A DNA stretch of 63,955 nucleotides, filler included, from Octopus bimaculoides (lineage: Eukaryota), in assembly GCF_001194135.2 (NCBI RefSeq). It is 4 parts of 4 records of this genome, joined end to end, with 100 filler letters (N's around TTAATTAATTAA, not from the genome) between each part and the next. Parts side by side here need not be neighbours in the genome. Positions count along the whole stretch, not along the records: positions 1 to 19,996 come from NC_069005.1; positions 20,097 to 41,391 come from NC_068982.1; 2 more parts are not named here. The stretch is one strand, 5' to 3'. Below, piece after piece: positions 11,233 to 25,025 of the stretch. The notes beneath the pieces are model-generated. The model worked only from the letters and a program-made list of their open reading frames with translations, was not told the DNA's origin and did no database searches. The translations under genes were made by a program, and so were the position numbers. Positions within the stretch are counted from its first letter, which is position 1. Every line of letters starts with the position of its first letter.

Positions 11233-12670
11233 CTAGAAAATACAAATATTTCAGACTATTTAACTTCATCTGCAAGGCTTGATTAGAAAAGTACTTCTGA
11301 GAGGTTTTCTAAGTGGCGTTTGTTCAAAGGCACTTAATTTTGCTACAGTAACACTGAAATAGTTGCAAAGTTGGTTCAAGAAAGTTGGGGGTGAGGGAAT
11401 AAATAGCATCAACCGGAAGAAGCCCCCTTAATATATGTGTGCCCTCACCCAAAACCCTTCATCAGTTTTTAGAAACCTATCGATAATTATTTACTACAGA
11501 AGAATAATTGCTGAAGCGTAGTGTGTGATGAGGTATAGGTGTATCTTGTAACAGGGACTAAGGAGCTTTCTCAAGCTTATGGGGAGTTCAAAGAGAGACA
11601 ACTCTACACTGACTTCAAACTGAGCGAAAATGTAATCTAAACTCTATTTCGTCCCTTTAGTAAAGTTTTAAACAATACAGGACTGAAATACCTTTGATTA
11701 GAAATCTGCTCATTCAGGGCTCCCCTGGGGTTAAATAACAATAAAAACAATTTCCAAAATGGGCCATGTGAAACCGTTAGTCTATAATTAAACAGCTTTT
11801 GTAATTAATAGTTCCATCATAATTGAACAACCTCTGTAATCAACATTATCTACAATTAACAATCTTTGTAGTTAAGATTCTATATAATTAAACATAGTCT
11901 AATTAATAGTTTATTTACAACTAAACAGCCTCTGTGATAAAGTTTATTCATTTAAACTTAAACAACCGCTATAATAAACAGTCTAATTAGAACAATCTGA
12001 AATTAACAGCTTATTCAATTAAATATCCTAAGCAATAAACAGTCTATTTACAATTAAACAGCCTCAGGAATAAAAAAAAATCCCAAACCATCCGTAGTTA
12101 ATCTTCCTAATATGGAAATTATTAAAGAAACAAAGTGAAATATTTCACAAAATTACCTCCCTTGACAATCTTTTGTCTTTCCAGAAACTTCCATTAAATT
12201 CCTTTCAAATCTTTAGCTTCATAATTTCTAACATAAGTTCACTTGTGATAAAAAATGTGTGCCACATGCTTTCTGTGATGGTAGCCTTGATGAGCAAGCC
12301 TCTATTTCGTATGCCACCATACAAATACATCCAAATAAATGCGCACGCGCGTGCGTGCGTGCATGTGTGCGTGTGCGTGTGTGTGTGTCTGTGTGTGTAA
12401 TTATGGCTTTATCAACCCAACTTTCTCTGTGTTTGCTTGCATGAAAAGTTGGATGGAATTTGTTGAGGCAAATCTCCTACAGCTGGATGCCCTTCCTGTC
12501 ACTAATCCTTGCCTGTCACCAAGCAACATAGTGTTCTCAATCGATATCCAGTTATAACACACAGGGATCAATACAACTGACTAGCCCCCTCCCACAAAAT
12601 TACTATAGGCACAAACCTTGTGCCTATAGTAGAAAAGATTATTATCATTATTGTTGTTGTTGTTGTTATC

Positions 12671-12885
12671 AAGGTGGCAAGCTGGCCGAATCATTAGCAC
12701 ACCAAGTAAAATGCTTGGTGGCATCTCCTCCGTCTTTACATTCTGAGTTCAAATTCTGCTGAGGTTGACTTTGCCATCCATCCTTTCTGGTCCAGTAAAA
12801 TATGTACCAGGTGAGCACATGGGGCTGTTATAATTGTCTTATCCCCTCTCCTGAAACTGCTATCCTTGTGCCAAAATATGAAATT
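12671..12885 (+). mobile_element. Second SINE family (copies about 17535-17750, 22930-23120, 25600-25770, 57825-58040, 61790-62200, 62680-63010)
   Basis: Recurrent ggcaagctggcagaat..ttagc...ttctgagttcaaattcc..gaggtc.actttgcctttcatcctttc...ccttgtgccaaaatttgaaa in both orientations. Confidence 0.8.
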
Positions 12886-13062
12886 CTCCTTCTTCTTCTT
12901 CTTATTATTTTGTTTTTGAAGAAACCTGAGCCTAATGTTCCATAAATAACTGATATGACTTTCACTTTTGCTACAAGGCAAAATCACTCTCTACCTCTCT
13001 GTCTGCAATGTCTTTCATGGAAATTATTATTTGATTTAATAAAGCAATGTAAAACCACAAAC

Positions 13063-13175
13063 CTATTTTTAGTTTGCCGCTTGCTTGAATGAGACTGGGA
13101 CGTTTGCCTCACTGTAGGCAGACCAAATGTGCTTGGTACTACACTGGCAAGATTCCATTGTTGGTTCGCTGACCC
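13063..13175 (-). CDS. HIPK: HIPK internal exon (GSANQQWNLASVVPSTFGLPTVRQTSQSHSSKRQTKN-R)
   Basis: Acceptor ttgatttatgtttgtag, donor AG|gtttgt, 113 nt open. Phase 0 to 2, joining in frame (AG|G = R) to the 9635 exon. Missed by the ORF track. Confidence 0.8.
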
Positions 13176-15409
13176 CTACAAACATAAATCAAAGTTTAAC
13201 TGTTAGTAAGACACCACAACATGAAACATGGAAGAAGCAAAAAATAAATAAATAAAAAAATAACAACAACAATAATTGCTTCTAAATTAGAGACAAGGCC
13301 AGAAATTTGTGAGTAGTGCCAATTGCTTAGTGTGGATGGAATCTATGAAAGAAGGAGACCCAGGAAGACATGGATGAAGAAGTGAAGGCTGATTTCAGGA
13401 TATTGAGCCTCACAGAGGAGATGACAAAGGACTGAGGTTGGTGATAAACTGTATTCAAGAAGAGCCTCCCATAATGGCAACATTTTGTGCATATACTGGA
13501 CCCTCACTCTGACCAGGCACCAATTCATACTGATCGAGCCTTTCCTAGCCCCTCGTCTTCCTGTCTCTCATCCCACCATCACTCCTCTAATGAATGCATT
13601 ATTCTGCTGCTTTAATTAAATGGGAACAGAACAACATATTGCAATCCTCTATTTGTGCTATCAGGCGTCTCTCCCACTTTCTTCTGACATCAGGGGCGGA
13701 CTGAGCTGTCGAGCAATCAGGCACTGCCTAAGGGCCCAGAGCTTTGAGGGACCCACACTCTACATGTTAACTCTACTAAATCAATGTTAAGGGGCCCCTT
13801 CGGTAAACAATTATGCCTGAGGGACCTTAATACTCTCAGTCTACCCCTGTCTTACATCCATCATTCTTAACAATCTCATATCTACCATTGATCACACTAC
13901 CCAACCAACTCATCCACCCATCTTTATTTGCCCCTCACTATATTCACCCTAAAGTACCTGTTTTTCTCCACCCCCATCAATAAAGGTTTATCACCTTGAC
14001 TCCTTTTGAAATTGTTACTCATTCACTTCCACCTGTCATTTTCTCTCTCTCATCCTTATTCTAACGCTGTGTCGTTATGCTGTTATTCTTCACCCTTTCT
14101 GTACAACCAACCACACATCACCTCCCCTCTCTCAAACCATTTCTACTCGCAACCATTTGTCATTTCTCTCACACCCCACCACCTCTAACTAATATTTACC
14201 GTTGACCACCACTCCATCCCTACCTTCATCTCTAACCATCCCTCACTCACCTCCCACATTCTTGCAACCTCTATTCACCCCCCCCCCTTCCTGATCTTCT
14301 GTCCCCATTCTCTCTTCTGGCCACCTTCTTATATTCTGAAGGTACTTTCTGACACCCTGTCGTCAGGTCTCTTTTTCTAGCTTCATCCCAATTACTCCCA
14401 CCAATCCTTATATAATAAAGGGATAGCTATATTACAGATTTCCTCCTCAGCAGTGGTTCTCATTCACTTTTTGTCTACGAACTCCCTTTGACTCCTATTT
14501 TACTCTACTGTACCCTCATCATCATCTGATGGCTTAAAAAATTCCTTTATATTTTTATAATTAAAAGTTATTAGGAATTGCATAAAAAAGATTGTTAAGA
14601 TATTTTGTGCATCGTAGAAATATAATCAATTTACTTTTTTTGTTTCAGTCTTTTGACTGCAGCCATACTGGGGCACCGCCTTGTAGGGTTTTAGTCAAAC
14701 AAATCACTCCAGGACTAATACCTATTATATCGGTCACTTCTGCCAAACTGCTAAGTTACGGGAAAGTAAACACACCAACACTAATTGTCAAGTGGTACTG
14801 GGGGGACAAACACAGACATACATAGACACATATGCAGACATATATATATATATATTTGGTAGGCAGTTTCTGTCTACCAAATCCACTCACAAGGCTTTGG
14901 CTGGTATGAAGTTATAGTAGAAGACACTTGCCAAAGGTGTCATGCTGTGGGATTGAACCTGGAACCATGTGGTTCAGAAGCAAGCCTCTTACCACACAGC
15001 CATGCCTGCACCTATTTATTGCACATATGTTTTAACGGATAAATTGTATATGGACCCCCAAGGGTCATATGGATCCTGATTGCGAACCACTGCTCTACAG
15101 CAACAAATCAGTTCCTGTAATCCATAGTTTAACTGTTCAACGCCCAGGATTAAACTGTGCCCCCTCTCTACTACACATCCACTCAGTCAAGGAGGCTTTT
15201 TAGTGTAGTAAGTTATTTGGCAGCCTCACCAGCGTTGGTATCATATAAAAAAAAAAAATACCTAGTAAAACCTGTAAAGTCGAGCAGCTGAAACCATGGC
15301 AAAGTTGATACAGGAACATGATTCAGCTTTTCATACATCAAATCCTGTCAAACTGGTCAACCCAGGCCATTATGGAAGATGCATGTGATAATATACACAG
15401 ACATAATGG

Positions 15410-15730
15410 CATATGGCTCAGTGGTTAGAGCATTGGGCTCACATTCATGAGGTAGTGAGTTCAATTCCCAAACTGAGCTGTGTTGTGTTTTTGAGCAAGA
15501 CATTTTGTTCTAACTCACTCAACCGTAGAAATGTGTTGTGATGTCACTGGTGCCAGGCTGTATAGGCGTTTGCCTTTCCTTTGGATAACATGGGTGGCAT
15601 GGAGAGGAGAGGTCGGTATGCATGGGTGACTACTGGTCTTTCATAAACAACCTTCCCCGGACTTTTGTCTTGGAGGTTAATTTTTAGGAGCTATCCTATG
15701 GTCATTGATGACCGAAAGGGGTCTTAACCC
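15410..15730 (+). mobile_element. tRNA-derived SINE, third family
   Basis: tggctcagtggttagagc (A box) ... gagttcaattccc (B box) ... ttgagcaagaca core. Confidence 0.7.
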
Positions 15731-16525
15731 TTTTTAACAGCACAAATACGTGCCGATAAGAATAGCCTACATAGGTGCTTGTTCCATCTGCTGGAAACAG
15801 CAACCAAATAATCTCCCTTAACGCATGCCATTATTCATATTAAATAAGGGCAAATTAGAAATAATGTAGCCCTGTCCTGAAAACAAGACATGAAAATACT
15901 TTCGAACATAAGGGTTATGTGTCCATTTGGGAATGACCTGGGGCTAAATGAGAACAACAGCCTATACCCATATGTGTGCGAGTTAACAACAACAACAACA
16001 ACATATACACACACACCCACATACAAAAAGAGTTATTGAGTTAGTAGACAAAAAGGAGGTGAAATAGAGAAACGTCTCAGGTGAAGCATTCTGGTTTTTA
16101 TCTAACTTTGAAAAATATATTATTAAAATTGAAAGAGAGTTTGGTAAAAGTTAAAGTTGGGCTTTCATGCAGAGATGTAAAGTAATTCAGAACAGCAAGG
16201 TTAGGAAAAAGGCATGTAGAATATAGAATATCAAAAAAACAGTTTAATCGATTAAAACTCTTTAAAAACACGTAGGTTTGAGATTTGAGACAATGGATAG
16301 TAGCTTTTATTTGTTACAGTCATTGGACCGTGGTCATGCTGGGGCACCACCTCAGAAGGATTTAATGAAGTATACCAACTCTAGTACTTATTTTTTTAGG
16401 TCTTATTTTATCAGTCTCTTAGGCTTATGTGCTAAGTTACAGGACTGTAAACAAACCAACACTACTTTTCAAGCAGTGGGGAGGTTTCCAAACACACAGA
16501 GACATGTATGTGTGTGTGTGTGTGT

Positions 16526-16580
<55 letters not shown>

Positions 16581-17759
16581 TGCACAATGGGCTTTCACAG
16601 CCTCTGTCCACCAAATCCACTCACAAGGACATTGAAGCTACAAAGCTAACATTCACACACAAACATATTATATAAGTTTGGTGATACCAACAAGATTGAC
16701 CATCCCTGTTGTGAAAGGTAACCATGGTACAAAGACATCAATGAATGAACACTGCAACAATAACAGATGGTACTAAAATACATATTGAGCAGTACTGAAG
16801 GTACACCGTAGATTTCAAACAGTTACCATTCCAGTTAGGTTATAATAATGCCACATATCACCATCCCTAACACTCAATGTCACATTTCCAATGCTAGTTC
16901 TCTCAGGGGAACATTTTTTAAAAATATTCTATCTATTCTTTGTATTTGCAAGACATTTTAAATCTACTTTTGCTTCCAGAAGATTTAGAAGAGAAAGATA
17001 AGTGACAAATTACTGCCACCACCATATCATCATCATCATCATCATCATTTTAACATTCACTTTTTCAAGCTTGTAAGGGTCAGACAAAATTCACTGAGGC
17101 AGGTTTTCTACGGCCACCAGAAGCTCTTCTTATCGCAAACTGTCAACTGCTTCCAAGCAAAGTAATATTTACCCTGGTTCTTTGAACATGAAACAGTACA
17201 ATGGTCAGACGTGGTTTCCATGGGAGATTGCAAATGAACAACACTCTCCAGGTGACAGTGAAGTTTGTTTAAAAAGTGTGATATCAAGAAGATATGAATA
17301 CACACACATCTTTCTTTTTCTCTCTTTACCCCCACCACCCATACATGACAGGCTTCCCTCAGATTCTTTCAGCCAAATCCACTCACAAAGCTCTGGTTGG
17401 CTTGACGCTAAAGTAGAAGACACTGGACAATCTATTTTTCTAATCTCTTCAGGAATATATGTAATGTTATGGGACATATGTTCTTGTTAGGGAATTTTTA
17501 ATACTATAAGCACCAGTATTTTCATATTATTATAAAGGCAGCAAGTTGGCAGAATTGTTAGCACACTGGACGAAATGCTTAGAGCTATTTCACCTGTTGC
17601 TCTGTTCTGAGTTCAAATTCCACTGAGGTCAACTTTGCCTTTCATCCTTTCGAGGTCGATAAAAATGAGTGCCAGTGGAAAACTGTAATCGATGTAATCA
17701 GCTCATCCCCTCCCCCAAAACTGTTGCCCTTGTGGCAAAATTTAAAACCATGATTATTA

Positions 17760-17794
<35 letters not shown>

Positions 17795-18521
17795 AACTTG
17801 TGAAAATGGTTGAGTCTTCTGTGTAGAGCTATAAAAAGCCTTTGTCTCCGAAAAGTTAAAACAAGGAGCACCTTCTCACTTTCTGATATTTTAAATTATG
17901 TTTTGAGCTGAAAGGCATTAGTAAAGATGTATTAGTAATGAAAGACCAAAGGAAAAAAACAACTCCAATATATCAAGCAGCAGCTATGAATATATATTTG
18001 TTAATTAACATATGACAAAAGGACATTTCTAAATCATCGCAAAGCATCATAACAAACTAGCAAATCATTAAGAACTGAAAAGTCAAAACTTTTGATTCAA
18101 GAGAGGAAAACATGTCTATTATTATTTATATATATATATATTTTCAATACAATTCAAAATAGTTGATTAAAGACTTGAAATCTTGAGTAGTAGGGACAGA
18201 TTAACCTGCTGAAGATCTCCCGGTCAGAAGAAGCCGCTTAGGAAGCATGTTTTTGTTTTGTTTTTAGTAGCCATCACCAGGTAGCCAGGCAGTTGGAATC
18301 AAATGTATTAGTAGTATGAGACATGCATGAGTATCAAAGAAATGGAGAGGATGAACAAAGGAAGATAATGCGATAAAGTGAGAGAAAAGAGAGCAAAGAG
18401 AAAATGGAATGATTGGCACGGAAACAGAAGTCCTCGGTACAGTAACTAATTATTGTGGCCAGGTTTGAATGAACCCTCGTCTAAGAGATAAATATAACTT
18501 ACTTGGTGCATTTGTTCATAT

Positions 18522-18526
18522 ACATG

Positions 18527-18603
<77 letters not shown>

Positions 18604-18930
18604 ATACATACACACATAACATACACACACATACATATATATATATACATACACACATACATATATACACATACACATATATATACACACATATACATAT
18701 ATATACAAACATACATAAATATATACACACGTACACACACATATATATATACACATACATACACATATACACACATATATGCATATATATATATACACAC
18801 ATATACATACACACATATATACATATATATATACACACACAAACATTCACACATATATGTATATGAGAGAGATGCACATACACATGTGTGAGTGTGTGTG
18901 TATGGACAGATAGATAGATAGATAGATAGG
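18522..18930. repeat. Compound (AT)n/(AC)n/(GATA)n microsatellite (similar tracts at 1-75, 3480-3590, 21544-21740, 22140-22300, 22705-22790, 33971-34105, 45266-45340, 45510-45582, 53575-53930, 62310-62490)
   Basis: Directly visible simple repeats. Confidence 0.95.
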
Positions 18931-19490
18931 GAAACTGTGTGTGTGTGTGGTGAGAAAGAGATATTTATCAGCCAGAGGTGAAACGACGAATTTCACAGAC
19001 ATCAAATTAACACACAAATAATAAAACCTAATAATAATTTCCAATATGGGAACAATCCAAGACGTTTTGAGACAAAAGAGGCTGAGAGATAATCAACCAC
19101 ACAAATCCACAAGGATTACATTGAGGGCCAAATGATTCCCTGATTCCTAAAGAATGTAAAGAAAATGTTGGTGACCTCTTTGCCTTTCATCATCACATCG
19201 AGGTTGATAAAAGAAATTACAAGTAAATAACAACAACAAAAATCTGTTATTGTTTTTGTTGTTGTTGTTGTTTTTTGTTCCCCCCCCCCCCACCATAAAT
19301 CTGTGAAATGATAAATGCTAGCATTAGAGAGCAATTCAGAGTGGTTTAGTTGAGATTGACTGAAAGAGGAATACGGAAAGTCAGTTTGAATAAAGAGAGC
19401 TATATAATTGGTGTTGGCTTCTCGGCTAAGACATGCACATAGTGTAACTATACAGTGGTAGTAGTAGTAGTGGTAGTAGTAATAGTAGTG

Positions 19491-19528
<38 letters not shown>

Positions 19529-20096
19529 TGACTTCAGTTATCATCACTAACAACAACCAGAGCAGCAGTAGCAAAGCTATAGAACCTGAAGTAATTGAGA
19601 CAAAAACAAATGTTAATTTAGTAAATGACAAAAAAAAAATAACAAGAAACACAGCAGAAGTAAAATGTGAGACTTCACATTGGACAGATGAATGAACAAG
19701 TTCATACCCCCACCCTCTCTCTCTCTCTTTCTCTCAATGTGTGCGTATGTATGTGTATGTGTTACATAGTAGATCTTCTAATCTCTTATTCGTTTCAGTC
19801 ATTAGACTGTGGCCACGTTGGGATATCATCTTCAAGAAATTTCGTTAAACAAATCGACCCCAGAACTCATTTTTTTTAAAGACTGATACTTATTCTATCA
19901 GTCACTTTTTGTCAAACTGTAAAGTTGCAGGACCATAAACACAGACACACACATACATATACATATCAGTTTCCTTCTACCAAAACCACTCACAAGNNNN
20001 NNNNNNNNNNNNNNNNNNNNNNNNNNNNNNNNNNNNNNNNTTAATTAATTAANNNNNNNNNNNNNNNNNNNNNNNNNNNNNNNNNNNNNNNNNNNN

Positions 20097-20139
<43 letters not shown>

Positions 20140-20272
20140 GAGTCCAGTGTAATCCATGGGCAGGATAGGTGCAGCTGAAGTATACGAGAGTAGAAAGTCC
20201 TGGTAGAAAATCCGTAAAAGTTGATGAGGGGAGACAGGATCAACTGTAGCGACCTCGTGAGCGCGTAATATA

Positions 20273-20628
20273 TATAGGGAGAATTCACAGAAAAGCAAAA
20301 GACGAAGACAGGTGGTGTAGACAACAAACAGATCTATTAGTATAACACTCGAGAAGTGAAAAAATCTTTAACGTTTCGAGCCTACGCTCTTTCACAGAAA
20401 GGAACACAGACAGAATACATTCTGTCCGGTATTCGTCATGATAGATCGCTGGCTACTACACATTCTTTATTTTCTCTCCTTGTTTCTTTCTGTGTTCCTT
20501 TTTGTGGAAGAGCGTAGGCTCGAAACGTTAAAGACTCTTTCACTTCCCGAGCGTTAAACTAATACATCTGTTCGTTGTCTACACCACCAGTCTTCGTCTT
20601 TTGTTTTTTTTTTGTGAATTCTCCCTAT
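20273..20628. mobile_element. Inverted pair of Penelope-type terminal repeats, each with a hammerhead-like motif
   Basis: Arms about 20273-20411 and 20489-20628 are diverged reverse complements. Motifs at 20365-20402 (minus) and 20497-20535 (plus): cttt-(C/T)TGTG(A/G)A-A-GAGC-GTAG-GCTC-GAAA-CG-TT-AAAG. Confidence 0.7.
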
Positions 20629-21660
20629 ATATATATATATATATGTATGGATCAAAACAGTTTGATTCGAATTCGTTGGTACACTTGAGTTTCAAGCGTG
20701 ATGCTTATCGTCAGCCATTTTGAATTTGAATGACATAAGTTGATTGNNNNNNNNNNNNNNNNNNNNNNNNNNNNNNNNNNNNNNNNNNNNNNNNNNNNNN
20801 NNNNNNNNNNNNNNNNNNNNNNNNNNNNNNNNNNNNNNNNNNNNNNNNNNNNNNNNNNNNNNNNNNNNNNNNNNNNNNNNNNNNNNNNNNNNNNNNNNNN
20901 NNNNNNNNNNNNNNNNNNNNNNNNNNNNNNNNNNNNNNNNNNNNNNNNNNNNNNNNNNNNNNNNNNNNNNNNNNNNNNNNNNNNNNNNNNNNNNNNNNNN
21001 NNNNNNNNNNNNNNNNNNNNNNNNNNNNNNNNNNNNNNNNNNNNNNNNNNNNNNNNNNNNNNNNNNNNNNNNNNNNNNNNNNNNNNNNNNNNNNNNNNNN
21101 NNNNNNNNNNNNNNNNNNNNNNNNNNNNNNNNNNNNNNNNNNNNNNNNNNNNNNNNNNNNNNNNNNNNNNNNNNNNNNNNNNNNNNNNNNNNNNNNNNNN
21201 NNNNNNNNNNNNNNNNNNNNNNNNNNNNNNNNNNNNNNNNNNNNNNNNNNNNNNNNNNNNNNNNNNNNNNNNNNNNNNNNNNNNNNNNNNNNNNNNNNNN
21301 NNNNNNNNNNNNNNNNNNNNNNNNNNNNNNNNNNNNNNNNNNNNNNNNNNNNNNNNNNNNNNNNNNNNNNNNNNNNNNNNNNNNNNNNNNNNNNNNNNNN
21401 NNNNNNNNNNNNNNNNNNNNNNNNNNNNNNNNNNNNNNNNNNNNNNNNNNNNNNNNNNNNNNNNNNNNNNNNNNNNNNNNNNNNNNNNNNNNNNNNNNNN
21501 NNNNNNNNNNNNNNNNNNNNNNNNNNNNNNNNNNNNNNNNNNNCACACACACACACACGCACACACACACATACACACACACATACATAGACACAGATAC
21601 ACAGACACACAGACACACACGCACACACACACACACATATAATAATAATAATAATGATAA

Positions 21661-21740
<80 letters not shown>

Positions 21741-22323
21741 TTTCTATTTTTGAAAGTCAGTGGATGTGTTCCACCGAATATATATAAACCTTCAAACAGT
21801 CAACAGCGACGTCTGCTGGGTTCGATTACTCCCCATTGATAAAGAGCAAATACCCTGAAACTAGTTTGTGGATGTCTGAACCAGCATGAGGAAGCTGATG
21901 ATCTCCCCTGTTCGAAGGCTGTAATGGACACAGGTTTGTGTGTCACATAGCTAGTTAGAGGCGATGGCCTCTTGGAGCTAATCAACGGCAGCATTCGTCC
22001 TGTTTTTCTAGACTGCCATGTTATATATATATATATATATATATATACTAATCATAGTAGTAACCAATCTACGTGGTGCTCTAAATTCAACAGTAACAGT
22101 CTACGTCTAACTGTACACACAAGATATACTACATATGTATCGCTCTGTCTGTCTACCTCTCTCTCTCTACCTCTCTCTCTCTCTCTACCTCTCTCTCTCT
22201 CTCTACCTCTCTCTCTCTCTCTCTCTGCACACACATTATATGTGTGTGTGTCTAGATAGATAGATAGATAGAGGGAGAAAGAGAGAGAGAGAGAGAGAGT
22301 TTGTATATTGTGTGTACAGTTAG

Positions 22324-22633
22324 ATATACAATTGTTACTGTTTGAATTATCACGAAAATTATCATCATCGATGGTACTTCCAGTATAATAGTGGTTTGGT
22401 TACTAATATAATTAGTAATATTGCTGGTTATGTACAGAAAAGAAGGTAGGAGAAATTATGATAAACACAAGTTTATATGATTTGTTCTCTACGTATGTTG
22501 CACCGCTGTGGTTGTTTAGAAACTCTGTATTAAGTGTTCCAAGAGCAGTTGGATGCTTAACCACAATAGATCCTCATATGGGAATACTTTATGACAAGAA
22601 GTTAGAGATCAAATGTCTGAAGTTGGACAGTTG
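22324..22633 (+). CDS. Two candidate exons 22324-22445 and 22520-22633 of an unidentified gene
   Basis: IYNCYCLNYHENYHHRWYFQYNSGLVTNIISNIAGYVQKR-R / NSVLSVPRAVGCLTTIDPHMGILYDKKLEIKCLKLDS-W. GT-AG boundaries with a phase-2 join over 74 nt. No homology recognised. Confidence 0.35.
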
Positions 22634-22700
22634 GTGAAACGTTTTATAAGTGTTTTAAGGGAAATTGATAAGCCAATAGCATAGAGTAATAGAGAAAAAG

Positions 22701-22783
<83 letters not shown>

Positions 22784-23148
22784 GAGAGAGAATGTATTGT
22801 ATACGAATGTAGGTTGTATTAAAAGCCTACTAAAGAATTATAGTTATACTTATATGTATATACATATATGTAAAGTATATGTAAGCATAAATTCGGACAA
22901 AAACGAAATCACGTTCTTCGATTTTAGGACATAATTTCAAATTTTGGCACATGAGCAGCAATTTTATTGGGTTGAGGTTAGTCAGTTACATCGATCCCAA
23001 TACTTATTTTACTGACCCCGAAAGGACGAAAGGCAAACTAGACCTCAGCGGAATTTGAACTTAATACGTAAAGGGCCAGAAGTAATGCCTCTGACGCGCT
23101 AAAAATTCTGTCAGCTATTATTATATCCTTATTCTAGCATATAATAAT

Positions 23149-24386
23149 AACAAGAGCACTCAGAGAGCATAAACCTCCGCCAAGGTAACACCAACGTCTT
23201 CTCAACTATTAGCCGGAGATGATTTTTGAAATGAGAATATCTGAAATAAACTCGACTGCTCTCACAAACGAGAATACTAAATTGAACCCGACTGCTCTTA
23301 AGAATTAAGTAAAAAAACAGAAAAATAATCCAGAATCCTTGTCCGGTACCGGTCGATCCCAAAGTCTACTCAGTGCGTGCTATTGGTGATTTGCTGTTTG
23401 TTTGAAATGTTTGTGCTGCTTTGCAGCGGTTTTTGACGGTAGTGCTTTTTCTCCGCGTTAAGGAGAATTAGCTAGGCTAAATGGCCAAAAATATGTTTTT
23501 CCCCGACCAGAGTGGGTTAGATTTGTCAACCTCGGAGGATGAGCTTGCAAAGGCGGTCTGCAAAATGGATAAAGTACTAGAGGAGAAAAAGAGCTTTGCG
23601 AAAATAACAGAAGTTAAAACATGTGAAATAGACCAAACGAAAAAAAGCGTTGAGAACAGTAACGAAAGATGTAATATTCCTTTCACGAGGCAATACATTT
23701 GGAACAATAGTAGCACAATTCAAGTCTGAAGAGGTAGCAAGGAGGATGGCCATAAAAACGGTGAAGACGGATAAAGTAGTCCTTCTACCCATGTATCCTG
23801 GAAAAAGGACATCCAGGGTCAGGGTAAAGCTTCCTTCAAGGCAGAGCTAGAAATGCAATTTCAAGTAGGTAAGAGGTTTTAAACAGGAGCGATATATTCA
23901 AAATTGGTAAAACTAAAGATTGTCAAGGATAAATTAAATTTATTATTGTTACTGAATATGCTAGTGTTATTTAATTTCTGAACGGTTTTGCTGCCGTTTG
24001 TTTATGTAGTTTGATTTCTTTATCCATCAGTTTCTACTAAGATAGAGACGCGAGTAAAATCAATAATAGAGAAACTAAAATAAAACTTTGGAAACAGCAA
24101 CGCCGCCATGATTTACGTGGAGACCATGAGCGTGCTTTAAAGGAAGGTAATCAGAGATCGCAATACTTCATGTAAAGTAAAGTAAATATAACAAATAATC
24201 CAGAATCCTTGTCCGGTACCGGATCGATCCCCGAATCTAATCAGTTCGTGCTAGTCACGAGGCCAAACATCCCTGAAAGTTTCATTCGAATCCATCCAGC
24301 GGTTTTTGAGATATTTTGTCCATGGACAAACAAACAAACACGACTGAAAACAATACTCCCGCTTTCGCTAAGGCGGTGGTAATAAT
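23149..24386 (+). mobile_element. Non-autonomous Helentron-like (HINE) element carrying a LINE ORF1 5' fragment
   Basis: Starts aacaagag, sub-terminal inverted motifs cctccgcc/ggcggtgg, 3' stem-loop ccgc..gcgg, (CAAA)n. A direct repeat of about 65 bp at 23323-23392 and 24193-24253 flanks a frameshifted ORF1-like segment at 23481-23850. Confidence 0.55.
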
Positions 24387-25025
24387 CATGATTTCTTTCC
24401 ATGACACAAAGCTACACAACTTACTGTTGTTGCTTATATCGATCTCAGTACTTCACTGATATTCATGATATCGATCTCGGAGAAATGTAATGTTAAGTCG
24501 CTTTCAGCAAGATTTGAACTGAAAATGTCAAGGATAATTAAATACTAGACGGTATTATATCCAACACCAGACCGGTTTTGTCACACCAAATGATATATTT
24601 ATGTTTACGGCAAGCCTCTGGTACACCACTACTTTCCATTCATTACTTTTTGCTTATTAAATATTCTTCTACCGAAGAAACTTTAAAACTTTAAAGTCCA
24701 TGTCACTATATCTCCGTTTCTTATTGTATCGATCCTGGCGAGGTGATATGAACTCAAAACACTAATGAGCGAAGTTAATGTTATTTTGAGTTTAATGCTT
24801 TGAAAACAAAATATATCTAAAAATAAACTTTATTGTGCAGTGCACCATTCAACCTCTTCTATGGGATACTGTCTGAAATTTGATATTTAGTAATTTTATC
24901 AATTCCTTTTCACTAAAGTTTTACCAATCGACCTTTCAGCAAAATGCTACTTGTATAACATCAAAGGACGAATGCTTTTTTTTTTACATCATGATGGATT
25001 CTATTTCTGTCTATTTACAGTTTCT

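Noticed and set aside
18446-18891. ORFs of YI/CV/HT/RE/M/H repeats throughout the window
   Set aside because: Translations of di-, tri- and tetranucleotide microsatellites.
18206-19585. Possible extra HIPK exons at about 18206-18236 and 19028-19585
   Set aside because: Splice-like signals exist, but no frame is both open and phase-0 compatible with the 13175 acceptor, and there is no HIPK similarity. They could still be non-coding exons.
20041-20052. TTAATTAATTAA islands inside N runs (also 41436-41447 and 62534-62545)
   Set aside because: The identical 12-mer with stops in all frames is embedded in gaps three times, so it is an assembly spacer and not biology.
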